Below, one piece after another: positions 32,101 through 46,470 of a DNA stretch of 64,000 bases. Positions within the stretch are counted from its first letter, which is position 1; every line of letters starts with the position of its first letter. The stretch is from assembly GCA_973895155.1 (NCBI GenBank), contig OZ316891.1, forward strand, positions 12,088,771 to 12,152,770, written 5' to 3'. This DNA comes from Marsupella aquatica (Eukaryota; Plantae; Marchantiophyta). The notes below the pieces were generated by a model that was not told the DNA's origin, searched no databases, and was given only the letters and a program-made list of their open reading frames with translations. The translations under genes were made by a program, and so were the position numbers.

Positions 32101-32339
32101 AAAGAATAAATAGAGATCAGTTACTTTCCCACTAAAGATGTTCTAATTGATAATACTGCCATGACTTTTTTCTTATCTATAAAAATGCCACAGTTAAGTA
32201 AATGGATGACAAGTTCCCCAAGGTACCCAGGGAGCTATATACAAGAACTATGGCATTTTTGTAAATATAACAAAAAAACATGGCAATATTTTAAATTCAA
32301 ACATATTTAGTGACAATGTCCGTAAAAGTTGAAAGAATA

Positions 32340-33050
32340 AATTTGTTTTTCTTTTATATAATTTTAGCCGTGAAAACCGCACAGGAAGGGGAAAACAAGC
32401 AGCCCCAAAAAGGGGCACACACGAGAATCTCAACCAAACCCCAACCAGGGGCCAGAAACCCAAACAGAACACCCTCGAAACCTCCCAGACGACACATAGC
32501 CAGGCCACAGAGGCCCACCCACTTCATCCGCCACGCGGCCGCCCAGGGAGCAACCACCAGCCGTCGATATGCCTCACCCATAGAAACTACTAATCATCCT
32601 AGAACAGAGGCAGAACAGGGCATACCTACATCGTTAGCTATCAAATATCCTTATACCCACTTCTTTATGCTATCAAATATCCTTATACCCACTTCTTTAT
32701 GTACAGTAGGTACTGTACATTTTGACGGAATCATGGGAGTGATTTCCCATCCATGGCATGGGAAAAACAAGGCATTTTGAAATAAAATCGTTTTCTAATG
32801 ATGAGAATAAAGATTGGAGGGAGGACCAAGGGCCTCTTGTCTAGCCACATGCTCCTCCTCGTGAACAGGCCCGACTTCATTATGAAGAGGGAGGGAAACG
32901 AGGGGTTGCCTTCCTTGATTCCCCTTTCCATTGAAGTAACAAGCAGAGTGTCCGCCAGAAAAGTGCTGCAACATATCTTGTTCAATTGTAATCACTCAAA
33001 AGGCCAAGCTCTAAGGTCATTGTTTTTTTGCAGGAGGCAATGATTGAGTT
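32340..33050 (-). mobile_element. Truncated, degenerate LINE fragment
   Basis: ERGIKEGNPSFPSLFIM resembles the LINE RT motif RGxxQGxPLSPxLF. A G/T-rich 3' region on the minus strand ends in an A-rich tail at about 32340-32360. Confidence 0.45.
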
Positions 33051-33520
33051 AGGTGCCATGGTATAACACACAGGTGTGACTGTTGAACTATTAGTCTAAT
33101 GCATTATCTTCTGTACACTTCGCATTAAATACCAGACCAGGGTCCCTCTTCCCCAAATGAATTACACAAGAAGCAGACAAGAAACACAGTAGGGCCAGCA
33201 GGATGTAAGAGCGACATAATACTTTATCTGTTCCAAAAGTCGACAGAATTTAGGCTTTCTTTTGACCAGGGGTTAAGAACTGATTTGGATCCACATCTGT
33301 AGTCCAGCCAGTTGCTGCTGATAGTGTTGCTGTGTCCTTTGCCCTAGACAAAGTCCCTTCTCCATGGTCGTTTGCTGCATACACATTGACCTAGCCATAA
33401 TATCATTCACTTTAAAACCCTTCGAGGCCATTTGAATACAGAGGAGGCCACTCTTCCAGTGAGCATTCACAACATGCACCTCCATCCAAGAAGTTCGCTA
33501 GATAAATTCCAACCTCTTGT

Positions 33521-36255
33521 TCATCCATGCTGCCAAAGCCTGCTGTTCGTCCCGGTCTTTCCAAGCTGTGAAAGTTCATTGACTTCGTCAGGTGTGAGCT
33601 TCCAACCCAAAGCCCCTGCATTGACCTCTGCCTGCAATGGGAAAGGTCACGATCACACCTTGTGTAAGAAACTTAATTCTGAACGATTTCTTCGTGTCCA
33701 ATATATATCCTGTACCTACAATGTTCTCAGGGACCTTCAAATCTAAACTTCAATCTGAGAACAGGAACGTCTGCTTGATCACACACTTCTAATCGTTCCA
33801 GGAGGACTGTTCGACGTTATAGCCCGCTCTGGAACGAATTAGCTTATAGTCAATAACAAGCAGCCTAAATCCTTGCAGGTTTACACACAGTTTTGAGTAG
33901 CATACCTGCTTTGCATTCTTTGCTCCTGGGATTGGAATCGCTCCTTTACATCTGAAGCAAAATCGTTCCAGAGACCAAAACGATTAGTTACCGAGTGCTA
34001 GACCCCACAGCAGATGGGAGATATAGTCTGCTAATTATTTCGAAGGTACAAGATTGTCATGTTGGAGAGAACATATTCACAAAACTAAAGAGTTACCCGC
34101 ACCAAAGGAACTAAACAAATGAAAACGCTAGGCATGGATAGAGGACTCCCGGACACGTTTGAATAAGCTGAAATCTGAAAGTCCCATGCAATTCAGAAGT
34201 ATTTGGAACTCATATCCTACATGATCCAGTTCAGGGCCACTTGAGATGGTGTCTTTTTGTGCGCTTCTCCAATCTCGTTCAGCTTGGTCAGAAGAGGCTC
34301 TATTTCCTCCATTGGAAACTTTCCGAATCTCCTATTTGAAGGTGGTGGATTTGCCGCTGAGTATTTACCTGAGAAGAGACACTGATTTTAATACTAAATA
34401 AACACGCACTGTGCTTTGTTGATAGTATGCAACATCCTTACTACGTTCTTCCAATGCATTAAACTGAAAAGCATGAAGTTTGCAACCTCAAAGGAGACTT
34501 GCAGAGAAAGAGAACAGATTTTTGGACCAAGTTGAGAAAAGAGTTATAACCAGTCAGGCGGCCCATGGCTAGTGGTGAGTATGCCAACACTGACACACCA
34601 AGCTGTGCACAAGTTGATATTAATCCACTGGTTTCAGGTAACAACCGAAGCAACGAAAATTCCACCTGAGATCATGAAGCGTCGATACAATTATTCATAA
34701 CGAAGATTTCACGAATTTCCAGGAAGGTCGACATTTAAGTGAATTCTTAAAACTTGCCTAGATTGAGCTTGCCAAAGAGGAGCTGGTCTATCTTGCGATC
34801 ACCGAAAGAGCAGTCTGCATTCATTCAGGTCCCACTGGGATGGTTCAAAAGCCATATATACCTGATTAGACTCCAGGGGAATATTGCGCTTCGAAAGGGT
34901 AGAATGTGCCCGGCGGACTTGGTCTGCACTGAAGTTCGATACCCCAACTACAAAAGATCAATTCCATCCATGTCAAGATGAATATGAGCACAAAATAATA
35001 CCGTACCTCCAATAGACGGAGCTCAGATCAGAGAATTCAATTTCAGGACTCGCGCAAACAGAGAATACATTCAATTGAAAGGCAACTGACCTGCTTTGCA
35101 TAGTCCAGCGTCATAGGCATCTCCAAGGCCATCAGCTAGATGCTCGATAGACCTTATTGAAAAAGCCGGCCCATGAACCTGTCATTTGAAAACAGGGTCT
35201 GCATGAGCAACTGACAAACCCTCAAGATGCACGACGATGATAATTCTTGAGCCAAAATGTTGAGTCCACCATGCCACAAGCTGAAAGAAAATATCCGTTC
35301 TGTGTACACGTACACGACTAGCTTGTCACGGGTACTCTGCCATTTAAAAATACCTGAAAAAGGTCCACCTTTTCGAGTTGCAGACGGCTCAGACTCTGTT
35401 CAAGAGAACTGACCATGCTCTTTCGGCAGTTAAAATGAAAAGGCAAAGGAATATATTTTGTTGCAAGCACCAGAGTTTGCCTCGTTTCAAGTGGAATTTC
35501 CTTCACAAATTTTCCAATCAATCGCTCCGACTTACCTGCAGACAGATGTGTTGATGCCCCGAAATAGCCCCACAAGCGCATAAATCTTCTCTATTCCAGA
35601 TATTTGCCCGTCATGGAGAAATGTAATCTGGCATTCACCTCTCATCTTAAATCACGCACTGACTCTAGTAGTTGACATGGATTGGGGTAGACAATTATAA
35701 CTACTTCATTTTGATAAAAGCAGAGTACCAACCGTTGCCATATACAGACGCTGTATCAAAGAAGTGAACTCCACAGTCTAGGGATTTAAGAAACGCCTCT
35801 TGAAATTGTTTCTCAGATTCTTCGCCCTCGAATCCCCAAAGTCTGTCAAAGGAACAGTGTATTGTCAGTCTACACAAAACAGAAACAAGACGAAACATCC
35901 TTGATTTGTCTGAATCCCGATTTTGCGGCATGACAGAATGTCCAAGCACAAACTAGTACTCTGCCTCCAATTATCCTTGAAAGGGTCCAAAGCCACGCAC
36001 TTTTAGGACAAGTGGATAAAGTCTCGAGCAATCATCGACATTCCAAGTGAACTAACTTAGTTTTGTACTTAGCAAAATAGTTCCGGACAATTGGTCAGTC
36101 TTAAGCTCTGTGGGAGATAGTTTGTTCTGAAAAAGTACTTACTTGTCTCCCCATGACCAGGTGCCCACACCTAGGGGATGATTACGTAGAATGCTCTGGA
36201 CTTGGGCACGGGCTTGAGAAGCATCTCCTCTCTGTGAATCACCACTTTCACTCAT
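33521..36255 (-). CDS. Aldo-keto reductase (pyridoxal-reductase-like), multi-exon
   Basis: Exons read LGVGTWSWGD, GVHFFDTASVYGNG, SERLIG...LATK...SLSRLQLEKVDLFQ, VLAYSPLAMGRLTG and IPGAK. Last exon AGALGWKLTPDEV...WQHG* with stop at 33521-33523; ATG at 36255. Confidence 0.9.
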
Positions 36256-38404
36256 CGTGGAGGCGAACCGCTTTTCAACCTTCGTCGTTTCTAAAGGTCG
36301 TCCTGTTATTTACAGTTCGCCCGGTGTCTCCCACATCAGTAACTGCATGAGGGTCTCCGTCATTTCTTAGGTATAGTAAATAGGGTCCACAACTCCCCCC
36401 ATAATCCATCTACCTCTTCAGCACATACGGTAGTGATGGGCCAGGATTTGATTATGGATAGCAATTAGCAATAAAATGTCATTTCGTGGGCGTTACTTGA
36501 TTTGATAATAGATAGCAATTAGCAATATATTGTCATTTCGGGAGCATTACTTCATTCCCTACACATAAAATTCTGTCAATCTCTCTCTTGTCACGGCCAT
36601 CCGGCTAACTGTTTGAATCCATCAACACACCAATTGCTGGATTCAAAAATCGGAGTAGCCTTCCTCTCCCTGCAAGATAAAGATCTTCTTGCTCTGGCCA
36701 ATGCCCATTTGCGCAGCTGCATGCAAGCGAATGACAGCGCAATTTCTTCTCTCTACAGAATTCATAAATCCTTCAGGTTTCCTACTCCTCTACATTGCTT
36801 GTCTCAGTCCTGTGCATAGTTCTGCTCTCATCGATGTTCTTTCGTCATAGCATATGCACTCTCAAAATTGATGAACTTGGGGACAAAACATATTTTCAGA
36901 CGTGGAGGATCTCACTTTTGTTGTCATGGCTATCCATGTTACTGGTAAGCCCATTAAACCTAAGCCCAGGAACGTTTTGCAAATCATCCTAATTCCCACT
37001 GTGCCTCCCTGTATTTGCTTGTTTAGTACGACATTGTATACTTCACAAGTTGACATCCGTAGCGCCCCATCGCATACATTTTGACCCACTCCCGCAATTT
37101 TTCCCAGCTGACTTTCCACAGTCACCAATTCTGTCTCCACGACTACAATGTGTAGAAAAACAGCTTTGCACTTTTACTGTGTAACAAATTGCACTCTGGC
37201 CCACTCTCGCGCAAATCCCATTTCTGTACTAAAGCAAGAATGGACACTTTGAGAGCCCACCTCTTGAATTGCTGAAACATCTACTCCCGAAGTCGTTACT
37301 CCTGCTCCTTCTCGATCTCACCAGGCTTATTAGGAAGTTGGGAAGCGATCTTGCATGCACCCAGCTGAATTCAATTGGTTCCAGGAGGCTTCTGGTTGTC
37401 ATGTGAAGCAATCCAGGTCAGAATCATTTATAGAATGGAGACACAGGATAGGAGTTGCAATGAGCAGGACGAAGAATGGAGAGCATAAGGAGGCTGAAAG
37501 AGGTGCGGAGTCAACAAATAGTTTCACACATTCAACGGAGAGTCAGCTGTCGAGCGCGACGTAAATAATGGTTAGTAGATACTCTTAAGATCCCAAGACG
37601 TGTAGAATTGTCCACCATTCGACATTTCACTTTTTGAGTGTCTCCACTGCAATATTCTTTATTTCACATAAAAGCGGCTCTCTGACTCGACATTTCACTT
37701 GTTGAGTGCCTCCAAAGCCATCTTTATTTGACATATAAGTTACTCTAGTGAGGGGAAGTTGTGAGCTATCCCATGCAGTGTGACAAGGAGACTCGTCACT
37801 TTACACCTAATCAAGATAGAAAATGAGACAAGTTTAGGGTTGCATGAGAAACGCGCATGCAAATGGATGCTACAAGTTGAAAATGTTCTATCTACCCTTT
37901 AGTTGCATTTCTATTCACAATAAGGACATCTTATGGTTTTATTTCTATTTTTTTAAATGAAGTTTATAATAAGACCTTCTTTGGTATGTATATTTGAAAT
38001 CCTGACAGTTTGTAGCCCAAAAATTACTCAAAAGGGTCCTTGCAACAAGAGCAACATTCTCTGAAAAACATGATTTTACAAAAACTCTCCCACACATCAG
38101 AATCGTAGGTAGGCAAAATTACTTGAAGTACTCTCTGTAAGAAGAGCAATGCTCTTTCAAACAATATTCCGCAACAACTTTCACACAAGTCATAGATTCC
38201 CTTTGCAAAAGATCAATGCCTTTGAATCATTTATACCCTTTTGCTCTTAGTTCAGGTTTTTGGTGCTCTCCACCTTTGGGCTTGTGCAGTTTTATGTACT
38301 GAGCAGAGGTCTTATCCACCTCCTTTTGTTCTCATGACCTTATTTGACACAGGGTGTTGGTGGCACTCCAAAGGGCTCGAGATTTCACAATTTTTTTTGT
38401 AGAG

Positions 38405-38740
38405 CCGCGACTGTTGGTTTTAGGGCCTCTAGACAGATTTTACTCTGTGACTCACAATCCTATACTGTGTTGGTTTTAGGGCCTCTAGATAGATTTCACT
38501 CTGTGACTCACCCTCCTATAGTGTGTTGGTTTTAGGGCCTCTAGACAGATTTCACTCTATGACTCACCTTCCTATAGTGTGTTGGTTTTAAGGTCTTTAG
38601 ACAGATTTCACTCTCACTATGACTCACCCTCCTATACTATGTTGGTTTTAGGGCCTCTAGACAGATTTTCCACTGTGACACTCCTATGGGGTGTTGGTTT
38701 TAAGTCCTCTAGACATATTTCCCTTTGTGACCCTCCTAGT
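38405..38740. repeat. Tandem array, about 6 copies of a 51-62 bp unit (mostly about 55 bp)
   Basis: TGTTGGTTTTAGGGCCTCTAGACAGATTTCACTCTGTGACTCACCCTCCTATA repeated. Confidence 0.92.
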
Positions 38741-39518
38741 ATGAGTTTTACTCCAAAGCACTACCAGGCTTTTCAGTTTTCTGCCCTATAGTGTTTTTGA
38801 TTTGTGGGGTATTCATTGGCTTGTTGGGCCTCTTTGGTTTATCAGGGTCTTTCCCAAAAAGTTTTTCTCAAAAAGCATTAGACATTGCTGTATGGCAAAC
38901 CTTAGTTCCGTTTGTTTTCCCTGTTTTATATTGGCATATATAAATTAAGGTTAGTGTACTCTGACTTACAATAAGATATTTATAAACATTATTACCCTAT
39001 GGATGAATTTCAAACCACTTTTACAGAAAAATGAATCTTTACATTTGATTCAATTTTTAAATTCCTTTCAAGGAAAATTTAAGGTTACATATTACCCAAA
39101 TCCCACACAATGTCAGGATTTTTTCCCAAGACAAATTTTCACACAAACCAGATCCACGCAATGACAGAATTTTGTTTGAGAATGCAAGTTCAATTGATTT
39201 TTTTTTTGCTACAACACAAAAACAGAAGCAAGTTCTCAGATGAGCCAGCTATATATTAGGCCCCCAATTGGGCCTGTTTGGTTTATCCGGGTCTTTCCAT
39301 TGTCCGTCCCTTTATTGCATCTTTTTGCCTCTGAGATTATGTCTCCCATTTAGGCATTCCTTATTGCAATCTTGTCCCAAGGTAGGCAATAGTGGGATTC
39401 ACTATTTGTTGGGCCTCCTTTAATTGGGACTCTTGTGGTCCTTCCCTTTTCCTCCCTTTATTGGGTCTTTTTGCCTCGTTTATGTCTCCCATTTAAGGAT
39501 TCCTTATTGCCTGAACTA

Positions 39519-39876
39519 TGTGGAATGTTTATTGAGCATAGACGACAATCGCAAAGGCAAGCCCATGAACCATCTAACGCACAAGTGTTGACACCGAGAA
39601 ATACGTGGTTCACCTCCACATGAGGCTACGTCCACGGGAACACACAAGAGCTTTATTGCACTCTAGGCTGACCGGCCACACCAAGCATCCACAACACAAG
39701 CTCTCCCTATCTCTCAATTGGCTCTGCAATAATGAGCTTGAGTTCCTACTCTCCAAGAAAACACGGCTTGGGTATTATAGTGTGTGCACAACATGACTAA
39801 CCTAACCTAGTTTGTGATTAGGTTAGCCCTAACTGCGGTACAATCGTAACTCTAGACCTAGGAGTAAATCCTAACA
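39519..39876 (-). mobile_element. Solo-LTR-like element (about 358 bp)
   Basis: The minus strand starts TGTTAGGA and ends TTCCACA, with a TATA-like CTATAATA and AATAAA signals in LTR order. It interrupts a low-complexity repeat. No clean TSD is seen. Confidence 0.5.
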
Positions 39877-42422
39877 ATGTTGGGATTATCCCTCAGTCCT
39901 TTTATTGGGTCTTTTTGCCTTTGGGACCCTCCCGATTGGGTGTTCTTGTTGTTTTGGCGGTCTTTTATATATATTTATTTATTTATAGATGGGGTTACGG
40001 ACCCCCATGGGAAGTTGCTTCCAAAATCCCTGGATGCACGTGCTGCCACATCAACATGATTTGTCACAAACAAGAACCGTTAGTTATGCAAGAAGACCCA
40101 AAATTTGACTACTCGTGTTTGAGGCAAGGCAAAGAAAAATAATTAGACCCTCTAACTGTAAAAACAATTGAAAAGTAACTAAAAAGTAACATTTTAAGTA
40201 AACAAAGAAAGGATAAAATAGGGGTGAAAGAAAATAATCTTTGGATGAATTGTGAATGATATATCAATGTTTTTTTGGGTAGTTTGCTTCAATTTACTAT
40301 TTCTATTTAATTTACACATTTTTTAGATAATGACAAAAGAAAGTCTTCAACTTCTCTAAGAATTACCAAGGTACATACAAAACCCAAGAAACTTTTCAAT
40401 TTCTCTAATATTTATCAAGATAACTTAAGAAACTCTTTGACTACTATGGACAGAGGAGTAACAAGCAAAGATAAGAACATCATAACTACTGTGGGTAAAA
40501 GAATACCAAGAAACTCTTAGACCCTTGTCATGCCGAGGGACAGTGCCTCTTGTGCACATCGGCATGTCCCTCGCATGCCCGCTAGGTATAGTTAGGGCTA
40601 GTGTACTACTTGAGTTAGTGTCATGTTCTTGTAGCGAGTCTGGGCCGTTCTTGAAGCAAAGGTGTTTGTTAGTGTGATGCCTGGACCCGGTCCTACTTAG
40701 GGCATGTTTTTCTTTGTCATTTTTCAGTTCTTCTTGAATCACTGTTGACAGAGCTCAGACAGTGCTTGTCGGTAAGGTACACGGGATTCACACAGTGATT
40801 CGTTAGATGCTCCCGGCCGATCTTGGCATCCTGCCGGTTTTTGATTCGATTTCAGGACAATTGTTTCTCTTACGCCTTTTATTCAAGAAGAACTCATCAA
40901 GATAGTGGTGAGGGGAAGAAGATTGCTCGTGACGATTTTGACAATTTCTGGTGAAGCCATTGCAATTTCTTCGCCGGACGTCGGAGTGACGAGTTAAAAG
41001 TTATGGGTTTCTTGTGGTGTTATGTGTATACTTAAGTGTATACACATAACAAGGGGCCCAAATTTTTCTTTTTCGGCCGCAACCTGTTTCGCGACTTGCT
41101 ATTGTCGACTGCTGCATCGACGCCGACTACACAGGGCGCACCCGCGCTCACATTTTTCACGACCTCTTTGGGGCCCTTTTTTGTTTACCGGCCACGACTG
41201 CCTCGGCCACCGCGCGCCCCTTTTCTTTCACCCTTTTTTGCCTTGCCCAGCCTCGACGTTCCTCCCTCCGTTTGTTTTCCTGCCTGTTTCTTCTCTTGGT
41301 ATCTCGCAGGCTGTGTGCATAGGGCATCGTGCCCTCCCACTGCCAGCATTTAATTAACAAGAGGAGGGAGAGCGAGTACAAGCCGGGAGCCGAGAGGAGA
41401 AGGCACAAAACCATAAAGGCTATGAAGCATTAAAGGGGGGGGGAGTACATTCGACTCCCTCTCTCGGGAGTCCTGCCAAGCACGAGGCCCAACTTACAGG
41501 GCATTAGAGGAGGGGAGGGGAAGCGAAAGTAGGGCACCAGGCCCTAGGCAGCATTAAAGCAGGGGGAGGGGCAGCCAAGCACAAGCGAAAGCAAGGAGGA
41601 GGGGGAGTTGATGAGTTGAAGCGAAAGGAGGGCACGAGGCCCTATGGAGAATTCAAGAGGGGGGAGTTACATTCGACTCCTTTCCCTGGAGTCCTTCTGC
41701 CACTCTGCCAGGCACGGGAGCATTTAAGGAGTGGATTGAGGGGGAGCTCGTAGCCTCCCTTTTCAGGAGCTCATAAGGACTAAGGAGGGCATATGGCACG
41801 AAGCCCTATGCAGGGCTGGAGCAATTAAGGCCGTTTTTATTTTCTCTCGCCTCGCCTGGGGTCCCGTCTTTTTCCTTCCGCCTTGCCTTGGCCGTTTTTC
41901 TTCTGTTTCTTTTTTCCCCAGTTCCTCCATGGTCGCTCGTCCGCTGCGCGAGGGTCTTTCGACTCCCATGAGGGCATGTACATAGGGCACCGCGGCCGGT
42001 CCCCACTATGACCATTTTGCTGCCGACGCGTGGCCCTGTCTCCTTTCCGCCGTGCTTGCTAGTTCCCGGGCCCCATGTTTATACATTTGAAAGGGCCGAT
42101 GTATACACTTAAGGGGGGCCCAGGTTTACGTTTTTAAGGGCCCATTTTTCCGGATTTCTTTGCTACCGCCATATGTCATCTACATAAAGCTGAGGGCTCG
42201 GCATATTCATTAGACGGTCCATCCAGCAAGCACAACACCGGTACAATTGAAGTTTTTAAGGGTCTTTTCTTTGCCGACGGTTTTTCTGTGTGTTTACACA
42301 TTCGACACATTTCTGCCTCACACCGTTTGTTTCCTTTGTGGGTTTTATTTCTTAGCCTTGGAGCTGCCATTCTTTTTTCTTGTCAATTTCTTTCCCATTG
42401 GCACCCCGGGTGAGCATGCAGC

Positions 42423-44480
42423 ATGTCAACCGACGAGCCAGGAGGTAGCAGCACATTGCCACCGACACCCAAGTACCATTTACGGAGTGATCCACGACCA
42501 TTGGTGCCAATTTCATTGGAGTCTCGGCAATTTCGACGACGTCCGCAGATAGCAGCAGCACCCACACCATGCAATCCTTCTGCTCAATTTGGCGGTCGCT
42601 TCACCACTACCCCGAAGCCTACTATCACTTCCTTGCCATTTACCCCTTCTACATCAGTGGTTGTTCCAGCTTCACCAACCTACAACATGGATGCTAGCCA
42701 CTCATCTGGCCGCATTGAGCGCTTCAGCGGGAGGCCAGGCACTGTTTCTTTGCGTGAGTTCAAATCCACTTTCTACACTGTCGTTTATGAATTGGAGTTA
42801 AAGTACGGCAACAATTTCACAAATGCTTTTGCATTTAAGCAGCTAGCCAGGTATGTGCACCATGAGGCTTTGGATGTGTATGAGTAGCACTCTCAACGGG
42901 TGCTTGCTGTCACACAATTGCCTAACCCTGCCTATGCCAGTGCAATTGTGGCAGCATCACAATTGGCCTTACAGAATGCCATTGCAGCCCATGCTGCTGC
43001 TCCTGCCACTTCCCCTCCTACTTCAGTTCCTACCACGGCGCCAGTTACTCCCATTGTCTTGGCACAGGCTACATCAGGCATTTCTCCCACCATTGATTCC
43101 CCTGCCTTTGCTGATCCAGTGGCTGAGTTTTTCCAGGTTCTTGAATTGGAATTCCCATTCAAGAGTGCTGACAAGATCATGCAGTTGGCCACCTTTGTGA
43201 GGCAGCGTGATGAAACATTGAAGATGATATATCGCCGGCTTCTCAAGCTGAAGGAGGACACCCAGAGCATCACTGACCTGGAAGCTGCTCATCGCTATCT
43301 TTGCGCATTGGAGGGCACACCAGCTCTCCATTCACAAGTGTTGCAGCAAGTATTCTCAGAGTTTGGAGACAGCTACACCCTACTCAATGTCTATGACACT
43401 GTTGAGAAACTTGAGTTGGCCCATGCACATTATGAGGCCAGTATTGCGCGTCCACCGCGATCCAGGTACCAGGCTGTTGCCCCTACACTGGCCACCCCTT
43501 TCCGTGTGCCACAGTATGGTTCCAAGACCAAGCCAGCCCATGTTGCTTTCATGCTGGCATCTTGTAACTGCTGTGGTAACCCCAATCGCAAGGCTAATAA
43601 ATGTGATATTGTTGTTGAGGACCTGTCTTGTGATTTTTGCGGGAAAGTGGGTCACTTGGAGGCAGTTTGTTTTGCCAAATTCCTAGAGAGGAAGCAACTA
43701 CGACAGTAAGCCCCTCATCCTGCTCCTGCTTCCACTCCCCCACCAGCTAGGAGGGCTCCTATTGCCTCAGTTGCTCCTCCTTCCAATGGCAAAGCACCCG
43801 ATGCCAACAAATCGCCCAAGCAACAACAGAAGCAACCAGCTCAGAAGGAGGCTCACAACGCACAGGCAACTCAACTCCAGTCTCTGACTCATGAGGTTGA
43901 GTCCCTACGTGCCCAACTTGCCAACATCAAAGGCAAGTCAACTGCCTCTGCTGGTCCTTCTCAACCGGCTGGTCACGTGCAACCCATCCCTGGCCCAGGC
44001 ACCACTGACAGTTCAGCACCTCTACCCCACTCTTTCTATGGCTTGCCATTTGATGCTCATATGGGTGAGTGTGTGTTGTCCTCTGCTACACAGCCTGGCT
44101 TTATAACAGAATTTTCAGATTCATTCTGCCCATCCTATTTTGCTTACCAGCAAGCTAGTGTTGCCTCCCGTATTGCTCCCACATGCCGCATTGTACAGGC
44201 TGATGGTCTTGCTGCCGGTCCTATGACTAGAGCCAGGGGAGCTCGGGCTGTCCTGCCCCAATCTTTTCAGCCACTCACACTTGCTGAAGAGCGCACCTTG
44301 TTGGCGAGGGGGGAGGGAGCTGCAGCTACATCCATTCCACCACTAGGTGCTGCTGACATTTCACAGGGAGTTGTTTCTCCTGAGCTGCTTGAGCATTTCA
44401 CCCTCTGGTATGGCAAAGGATTCTTACAACTCCACTTTTCAGTTGCCATGATTTACAACTGGATGCTAGAGCTGTCATGA
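42423..44480 (+). pseudogene. gag: gag (interrupted by stops at 42885 and 43707)
   Basis: IERFSG motif; two CCHC-type knuckles (CNCCGNPNRKANKC, CDFCGKVGHLEAVC). Confidence 0.8.
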
Positions 44481-45539
44481 GAGCGCTAGAGGGCTCACTG
44501 CATTCTTCATCAGGCCCTGTGCCACCGGTTTTGGAGGTCCAATCTCATGTACATGCTAGACCTTCTTCTTCTCCATTACATGCTTCCACTGGTTTGGCTA
44601 TCCCAGTACCAATTTCCAGTGGTAGAGATGACAATATTGCTACAGATTGTGTGACCAGAGCTACACTTGATTCTGGTCATGCTGCTCCATCTTTCCTGGC
44701 TATGTTGTTGAGTGGGAAGACCGTGGACACTAACTCCCTTCACAAGGTACCTCATCATTGCCAAAAGTGGTGCCTAGTGACAGGACTTTAGTTTCCACCA
44801 CCATTGCCATTGTTGACAACAGGAATTCAGCGGTCAAGTTGGAGGGTCACACTCCTCAGGTGGTCATGCTATCTGACACAGGCGCTCAACCAGTGATATT
44901 GGGCATTCAGTTTGCCAAGAAGTGGGATTGCTGACTGATCATTTACAGTAATCCAGGTGGCACATTCGGACTGCTAGTGGCACTGTGGAGGATGTGCTGG
45001 GTGAGAGTTCTACTTTACTCACTCTCACTTTTAATGGAGGTACAGATCAGAAATTGCATTTCCTGGCAGTCAAATGTTTGGTTACCAATGCCACTACGTA
45101 TGATGTGCTCATTGGCCAGGAGGCTTTGTTCCCACCAGGTTTTACCATTGACAACTGACATGAGCACGCATACTACAAAGTTGATTGGCATACGGATGGC
45201 TCACACTTGGGCTACATTCCACTTGATTTGCATGGTGCCCATACACCTATGGCTCATCACTGTGTGTTGAAAGCAGTGCACACAACTACCTATGTCAACC
45301 ACCCATTGCAGGATTGGATTGAGGTTGATGATGATGAGGTGGCTACTACACATGCTGCTGCATGTATAGCAGCACTTTCCAGCAACGTGGATCATCAACC
45401 AGAGGTGGTACAACGGCTCCAAGCAGCCCATGGACCTTTGGTGGCTGCATTGCGCAAATTTGAGGACCTTGGGCAGCACAATGGCCAACCAATAGCCCCA
45501 ATCTTGAGCGCACTAGTTACATGGACTCCTCCTTCAGAT

Positions 45540-46470
45540 GACCTTACATTGCTTGAGCTTTTTGTTGGCATTTCTACAGGCCTGGAAGCTCTCCTACAGT
45601 CTGGCATGGTGGTGAAGCAGTACATCTATGTGGATATTGATCCAGGTGCAAGGCAAGTGGCTGAATCCCGTCTGCTGGAATTTTCAGAGCGATTTCCCCA
45701 GCAGTTTCCACACAGTGCATGGAAGTCTGCATTTTCTTTCTTTCCTCTAGATATCCAGCTTGTCGAGCACTGGCACTTAACCCTTCTTGGCTCCCTTGAT
45801 TTGATCATAGCTGGTTGGGAATGCCAAGGGTTTTCAGCTGCTGGTCACGGTGCTGGACTGCATGATTCTCGTTCTGGCCTTTTCACAGCATTGGTTCAGA
45901 TTCTCACCTGGGCTCAATCCCTTTATCTTGTTGTTGGTTATATCATTGAGAATACTCCATCTCAGTTTGACCAGCGTCCATAGGTCAAAGAGGATTTCAG
46001 TGTGGTCCAACACTACTTGGGACCACCCCTTCTCATTGATGCGGTGCAATGTGGTTCTTATGCACATCGTCTTCATAACTTTTGGACTAACCTTGCACCA
46101 CCTTCCTTGCTGGAGTTAGCTCTTCACCACACATCTAGGGACACTAACCTCACAGTGGAGCAGATTTAGGATCCTAACAGTTATTGCCAACCAGTTACAC
46201 GGCAAGAGCCAGCACCTTGGTATCTAGCCAATACCATTGGACAGCCCCGTGCTGCTTGGCCTACATTTGTATCCTTTCCAGGTGCACATGCCTTTCAGGG
46301 TGATGGTCCTGGCCTGGTTTATCGACATTCTACCGGTACTTGGGATGAACCTAGTCCTGAGGAGAGAGAACATGCTATGGGCTTCCAATCCGGTACTACA
46401 GGCCACACCCAAATCACCAGGCTGGTCAGGAATGCTTTACTTGGCAGGGTAATGGATCTTAATGCTCTCA
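45540..46470 (+). pseudogene. DNMT3-like C5 cytosine DNA methyltransferase domain within pol (in-frame stops at 45981 and 46167)
   Basis: One frame carries motif I LLELFVGI, II YVDID, III DIQ, IV DLIIAGWECQGFS, V DSRSGLF, VI IIENT, VIII DAVQCGSYAHRLHNFWTNL, IX EREHAMGF and X RNALLGR. Confidence 0.9.

Noticed and set aside
36570-37560. Possible degenerate coding segment on the minus strand
   Set aside because: No family recognised and no consistent exon structure.
38405-38740. Telomere-like TTTTAGGG motifs
   Set aside because: One motif per 55-bp unit, not a tandem telomeric tract; treated as a minisatellite.
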